From an uncultured bacterium (GTDB taxonomy: Bacteria; Oederibacteriota; PGYV01; CAWJRG01): 64,000 bases of DNA. The translations under genes were made by a program, and so were the position numbers. The DNA is taken from NCBI GenBank assembly GCA_963845185.1, contig CAWJRG010000005.1:640001-704000 (forward strand), in the 5' to 3' direction. Of the stretch, positions 59,145 to 64,000 are shown piece by piece; position 1 is the stretch's first letter, and each line of letters starts with the position of its first letter. The notes beneath the pieces were generated by a model that saw only the letters and a list, made by a program, of their open reading frames with translations, ran no database searches and was not told the origin of the DNA.

Positions 59145-61433
59145 CTATCTTAATACTATAAACAGGCCGGTTTTACTTTTAATTTCTTCGCCAGCTCCAT
59201 CCTCTGCCACTAAAACATAATAATATGTGCCGCTTGCCGCATTTCCCAGGTCCAGCATTGATAAGTTAACGACATAATGCCCGTTTGTGAAAGCAATGGA
59301 ATCCGCTGCCCACGTCTTTTCTTTTATCAGTCTTAAACCTTCCGTATAAATTTTCATGCTTACGGATTGCGGCTGCTGTGTTGTATCCATACTTAAGTAA
59401 AGCGTATTTTCTCCCGGCATTATCGGGTTTGGATAAACAAGGACATTGCTTATTGTAAGCCTCGCTGACGGTGCGCTGGTATAGGTAGGAGTCGCAGTTG
59501 CCTCGCTGCAGGCGGATGAGGCGAAAGCAGAAGACGCCACCGTGTAAGAGCTTATATAATAAATCCCCGTTTCGTTTACTATCCAAGGCATGGTTTGCCC
59601 GCCTGTTGGGTCCGAGTAATTCCAGTCCCGGTAATCCTTTTCATACGGCGGCTGGGCTCCTCCGGCCAAAAGCGGCGGAATCGCCTGTCCCCCGTCGCTG
59701 TAGTATTCATAGCTGGCCCCGTCAGGCACAATGCCCGGCGGCGGCCCGTATAGGGAAGCTGCTGTGTCTGTGAAGCCGTAATTATCTAAGCCTGAAAAAT
59801 ACGGGTATAAAGGGTCGGTTACTGATGCCGGTTTGCCCATAAAATTGTTATATGAAAAGGCCACATTATAACTGCCGAACCACATGTGGTATATGCGCCA
59901 CACGCCATGCGCCGCGCCGATTGCCGCGGCATTTGTCATGTAAGTCATGTTCATTGGGTTTACTCCGTTTATATAATGAAGAAAATCTTCTGCGTGCTGC
60001 ATGCACTGGCTTGCTGTATATGCGCCTGTCGCTCCAAGCTTGGCGGCCCAAATCAGTTCCGTGGCGTAATTCATTTTTACCTCGTTTGCGCCCCAGTAAT
60101 AATCGTAGCTGTGCATTCCCGAGTTGTAAAGGTCGTCCTGATTTTGCGTAAAAATATCGCCGACCAGGTTTCCCCAGTCAGATTTCATGTCCGCAACCAC
60201 TGCTGCCGTGGCTCCGGTTGCCTGCATATACGCCAGCATGCCCCAATTACGCTGAAACTGGTTTTCGTTAAGCCACAATCCGTTCCATGTCTGGTAATTG
60301 TCAATCAAGGCCTGCGCAGCCGATATTATGGCAGCTGACCCGCTCAGCGCCTCTTCCATGCGGAATATCTCTGCCGCAGCCCAAAATTTATTGTCGCTGG
60401 CTGCCCATGTTGTTTCGTATGCGTTCCATGTGGCTTCCGCGGCTGATTTCAATGTCATGGCATAGCTATTCAAAGCAGGTACCCCGCTCATAACCCTTGC
60501 CGCTAGGGACAGCACTGTTACGAACGACTCTTCTCCTGTAGGATTTGGCGGGTAATAATACCGCACAGTAGTGTCTGTGCTGGGCGGCAAGCCCGTGGTC
60601 CAGTCTGTCTGGTGCACTACTGATAGGACATGTTTGTCTGTCATCTGCATTTTTAAATACCAGTCAAGTTCCCATTTGCATTCATCCAGAAGGTCTGATA
60701 TGCCGTTGCCTGATTCCGGAATATTTGTCAGGTTATCCGGAAACAGGCCGGGGTTCCACTCATAAGCTGTCAAAAGATAATGTATTGTCGAGCCCCCGTC
60801 TCCACCCCAGTTATTGCATGAGCCTGCAGGAGTTGACCCAATGTATTTGTTGTAGTCGCCCGCATCATGCCAGCCGCCGCTTAGGTTCAATGTCCCGTAG
60901 TTCGCTGGAAAAGTGCATCCCGGCGCCGGCCCGCAGGTTTTATCGCTTGTATGGCAGGCTGCTGTATCAGCCCAATTTACCCCGGCGTATGTAGCAGGCT
61001 TGGCTGTTCCGCACCTCTGGTAATAAAGTGCTTTCAAAGTGGCTTTCATTGGCTCCTGGTATATGCAGTCGGAAATCTGAAAATTGTAGGACTGCTCATT
61101 CAGGCTTGTGGACAGCACGTAATACTGCCCTGTCAGGGTCAGGCCGGAAAAGTCCACCCACCATAGCGTGTCTCCGGCTATCAAAGGCGATGTCGTATCT
61201 GCGCCTTTGGATGTGATGGTTGTGTTTGTGTAAACAAGGGCATTTGTGCTGGCGTTATAAATCCCCACGCCGCTGCCGGGATTGGCTGTAAAGTAGGCTA
61301 TTTTTTGGTCTGTCGTGCGGTATCCGAAATGGTCTATTTTTATGTTCCCTAAAATAGGCGCTGCAGTTAAACCCCTGCCAAAACATCCAAACATCATGAT
61401 AAGCATAAAGAAAACAAGCAATCTTTTCCTCAT
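59145..61433 (-). CDS. Secreted GH9 glycoside hydrolase with N-terminal Ig and C-terminal T9SS/FlgD-like domain
   Basis: 'YYQRCG', 'LSGGWHDAGDYNKY', 'NGISDLLDECKWELDW', 'VNETGIYY'; CTD 'VYPNP..MKIYT.GLRLI..ASGTYYY..FIVLR'. Confidence 0.88.
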   Translation of the reverse strand: MRKRLLVFFMLIMMFGCFGRGLTAAPILGNIKIDHFGYRTTDQKIAYFTANPGSGVGIYNASTNALVYTNTTITSKGADTTSPLIAGDTLWWVDFSGLTLTGQYYVLSTSLNEQSYNFQISDCIYQEPMKATLKALYYQRCGTAKPATYAGVNWADTAACHTSDKTCGPAPGCTFPANYGTLNLSGGWHDAGDYNKYIGSTPAGSCNNWGGDGGSTIHYLLTAYEWNPGLFPDNLTNIPESGNGISDLLDECKWELDWYLKMQMTDKHVLSVVHQTDWTTGLPPSTDTTVRYYYPPNPTGEESFVTVLSLAARVMSGVPALNSYAMTLKSAAEATWNAYETTWAASDNKFWAAAEIFRMEEALSGSAAIISAAQALIDNYQTWNGLWLNENQFQRNWGMLAYMQATGATAAVVADMKSDWGNLVGDIFTQNQDDLYNSGMHSYDYYWGANEVKMNYATELIWAAKLGATGAYTASQCMQHAEDFLHYINGVNPMNMTYMTNAAAIGAAHGVWRIYHMWFGSYNVAFSYNNFMGKPASVTDPLYPYFSGLDNYGFTDTAASLYGPPPGIVPDGASYEYYSDGGQAIPPLLAGGAQPPYEKDYRDWNYSDPTGGQTMPWIVNETGIYYISSYTVASSAFASSACSEATATPTYTSAPSARLTISNVLVYPNPIMPGENTLYLSMDTTQQPQSVSMKIYTEGLRLIKEKTWAADSIAFTNGHYVVNLSMLDLGNAASGTYYYVLVAEDGAGEEIKSKTGLFIVLR

Positions 61434-61593
61434 TAAACAGCACCGCCTCGCAAAATAGGATTGTTTTTAATTCGGCATTATCTCATTATACATAATCCCC
61501 TATTGAAAATCAAATTGAATGGTGCCTGCTGATTTTATCTTGATTTATATTAAATAAAATAATAATATAAATACAAATTCAAAGGCGGTACTT

Positions 61594-61962
61594 ATGCCAA
61601 GTTTTGAATGGATTACTTACAAAAATACAAGAATACTTTATATGGATATTGCCACTCCCAGCCAGAATTCGCAGGAACTGAAAGATATAATAAACCGTCT
61701 AATCCCTGTAATAGAAAAGGAACCTCCGGTTTCAATACTCGGCCTTGTAAATACAACAGGCGGAAGGTTTAACGCGGAAATGTCGCAGATGCTCAAGGAA
61801 TTTACCGCTCATAATACGCCTTATATAAAAATGACAGCCATAGTCGGAGTCGAAGGCATACAAAGGGCAATATATACGGCAGTCCTTATGTTCACAAAAC
61901 GCAAAAACCTCGTGCTGAAAAAATCCCGCGAGGAAGCGCTCGACTTCCTGGCAGCTCTGTAA
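61594..61962 (+). CDS. Hypothetical protein (STAS/SpoIIAA-like)
   Basis: 'WITYKNTRILYMD..AIVGVEGI..SREEALDFL'. Confidence 0.7.
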   Translation: MPSFEWITYKNTRILYMDIATPSQNSQELKDIINRLIPVIEKEPPVSILGLVNTTGGRFNAEMSQMLKEFTAHNTPYIKMTAIVGVEGIQRAIYTAVLMFTKRKNLVLKKSREEALDFLAAL

Positions 61963-62048
61963 TATTAAGAAATAAATCTTATAATAATTTAAACCCGGAC
62001 AATCAGTTTTTATGTTAATCTGCATAAAACTTTTAAAGGAGAATTCAC

Positions 62049-63201
62049 ATGCAATACAGGCCATTTGGAAAAGACAACTGGAAAATATCAGTACTTGGTT
62101 TTGGCGCCATGCGCCTGCCTTCGCTTCCCGGCAGTAACGCTGTCGATGAAAAAGAATCCATAAGGATGATGCGTTACGGCATGGACAATGGCATCAATTA
62201 CATTGACACAGCGTATTTTTACCACGGCGGCACAAGCGAGGTCATAGTCGGCAAGGCATTAAAGGACGGTTACAGGAAAAAAATCAGGCTTGCCACAAAA
62301 TCTCCGGTCAGTCTTATCAAGGAACCCGCGGATTTTGACAGGCTGCTGGCCGAGCAGATGAAAAGGCTCGATGTTGATTACATAGATTATTATTTGTTTC
62401 ACGGCATTGGTGACGCCGGGCTGTCGGGCATGAAAGCCCTCGGCCTTTTTAAAAGGATGGAGGACGCAAAAAAATCAGGCAAGGTAGGCCACATAGGATT
62501 TTCCTTTCACGACAAGGCTGATGTTTTTATACGCGTGATTGACAGCTATGATAAATGGGAATTCTGCCAGATACAGTATAATTATATGGATACTGATAAC
62601 CAGGCAGGCATAGCCGGATTGAAATACGCCGCATCAAAGGGCATCTCGGTCATTGTCATGGAGCCGCTTCTGGGTGGCAGGCTTGCCAAACCGCCTAAAG
62701 ACATAGCCGTAGTCTTTGCCAATTTTGGAATTAAAAGGACCCCTGCTGAATGGGCCCTGCAGTGGGTATGGAACCATCCTGAAGTATCGGTTATTTTAAG
62801 CGGCATGAGCAGTTTTGAACAGGTTGAGGAAAATATAAAATCAGCGGACAGGGCAAAACCAAATCAGTTCAGTAATGAAGAACTTAGCATTATAAGCAAG
62901 GCAAAATCCATGTTTCAAAATCGCGAGGCAATTCCCTGCACGCAATGCATGTACTGCATGCCCTGCTCCCACGGCGTGAATATACCCAGGAACCTGGAAC
63001 TTTACAACGAGGGAATGAGGTACGAAGACCCTGGCGCTCCCAGGTTTTTTTACAAAATGTGGATGAAAGAGGGTGAAAGGGCCTCGGCCTGTACGCAATG
63101 CAAGGAATGCGAGGAAAAATGCCCGCAGAAAATAGAGAATATCCTCGTGGATGCCGAAAGTGGACAATGTGCTAGGCAAAGGAATGGAATTTCCCGGCTA
63201 G
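62049..63201 (+). CDS. Aldo/keto reductase with C-terminal 4Fe-4S motifs; +1 frameshift near the 3' end
   Basis: 'LGFGAMRLP', 'GINYIDTAYFYH', 'CTQCMYCMPC', 'CTQCKECEEKCPQ'. Deleting one A at 63138-63139 gives the family-like tail KIEISSWMPKVDNVLGKGMEFPG* (stop at 63201). Confidence 0.88.
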
Positions 63202-63292
63202 CGCCGGGTAAAAGTTAAAATATAAATATTAGGTTAATATCACGCCATGTTAATTTAATAAAAAACCTTTCCCACTCTCTCTTTAATCTCTA

Positions 63293-64000
63293 TTAAAACG
63301 CATACCCTGCATAAACCGACAATACAATTCCCCTGAAGTCCAATTCCTGCATATTATTATCATTGCCAAATTTAAGCACTGAATCTTTTGGGGTTGTTAT
63401 TGTTCTGCCGTTTGATGTAGTTAAAGAATATTGCTTGTCAGTCTGCACATACGGTATTACATCATATTTGTATCCGAGATTTATGCCGGCTGTAATGCCC
63501 GACCCTGTTGTATTTATATATTTCAACCCCAGATTAAGATCCGAGGCTATTCCCCCGCCATAATAATTTACGGTTGCGTTATAACTTCCATTAACCGGAT
63601 CATTTGTAACATCCCATTTTGTGGTCATTGATGCCCAGGAATATCCGCTGTACACTGAAAAATTAAATGCAATCGGGAAGTCTAAATTCTGCATTATCTT
63701 TTTCAGCGGAAGGTCATACCCGACTCCTATTTCCAGGGGAATCAGGCTTGTATTATATGTGTATTTGTAAGTTGCCGTAGGATTTGCAGTAGGTGAATAA
63801 TGCCTTGATGCAGGCATGCAGTACAGGTACCCGAACTCAGGGCCTACATAAAGGGAGTTTGATTTGTAGTCAATTTCAAATGTCCCAAGAATCCCTGTAT
63901 TTGTCTTGGTATATCCGTTGTCTGTAATGGTTGGATTTTGATTTAATGTGTCAAGCATGGAATTTAAAGATGACATGAAAACATACTCACCGGCAAGCCC
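63293..64000 (-). CDS. Outer-membrane beta-barrel protein, 5' end beyond the window
   Basis: Frame is open to base 64000; amphipathic strands; C-terminal 'LDFRGIVLSVYAGYAF'. Confidence 0.75.
   Translation of the reverse strand, partial: GLAGEYVFMSSLNSMLDTLNQNPTITDNGYTKTNTGILGTFEIDYKSNSLYVGPEFGYLYCMPASRHYSPTANPTATYKYTYNTSLIPLEIGVGYDLPLKKIMQNLDFPIAFNFSVYSGYSWASMTTKWDVTNDPVNGSYNATVNYYGGGIASDLNLGLKYINTTGSGITAGINLGYKYDVIPYVQTDKQYSLTTSNGRTITTPKDSVLKFGNDNNMQELDFRGIVLSVYAGYAF

Overview
Bacterial window, probably from a diderm (several ORFs look like outer-membrane beta-barrels ending in Phe). The giant Thr-Pro-Thr-linker proteins with FlgD/T9SS-like C-terminal domains resemble those of candidate phyla such as Goldiibacteriota; this is an unsearched impression. 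1-29 kb, all minus strand: a cluster of giant modular secreted proteins; a candidate sigma54 promoter with tandem enhancers driving an operon of Xis-like HTH, a sigma70 region-1.2/2-only protein, a hypothetical protein and surface proteins; and a signal-peptide RHS toxin locus with immunity genes and an orphan cassette. 29-38 kb: GH36, NtrC-type regulator, GH2, receiver protein. 38-45 kb: msrAB, an unrecognised ~110-nt structured element and an arsS-type (arsenosugar-associated) operon. 46-50 kb: a WD40-TM-class III cyclase receptor between two paralogous membrane-protein genes. 50-57 kb: a hybrid Znu/Zrg-type metal uptake operon ending in an unannotated 30-aa Cys-rich microprotein. 57-64 kb: GNAT, HAD, flavoprotein, GH9, aldo/keto reductase, beta-barrel. 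Four genes carry one-base insertions, three of them in the same context (AGATATC read as AGAATATC). No rRNA, tRNA, CRISPR array or transposase was recognised. Family names come from motif recognition, not database searches.
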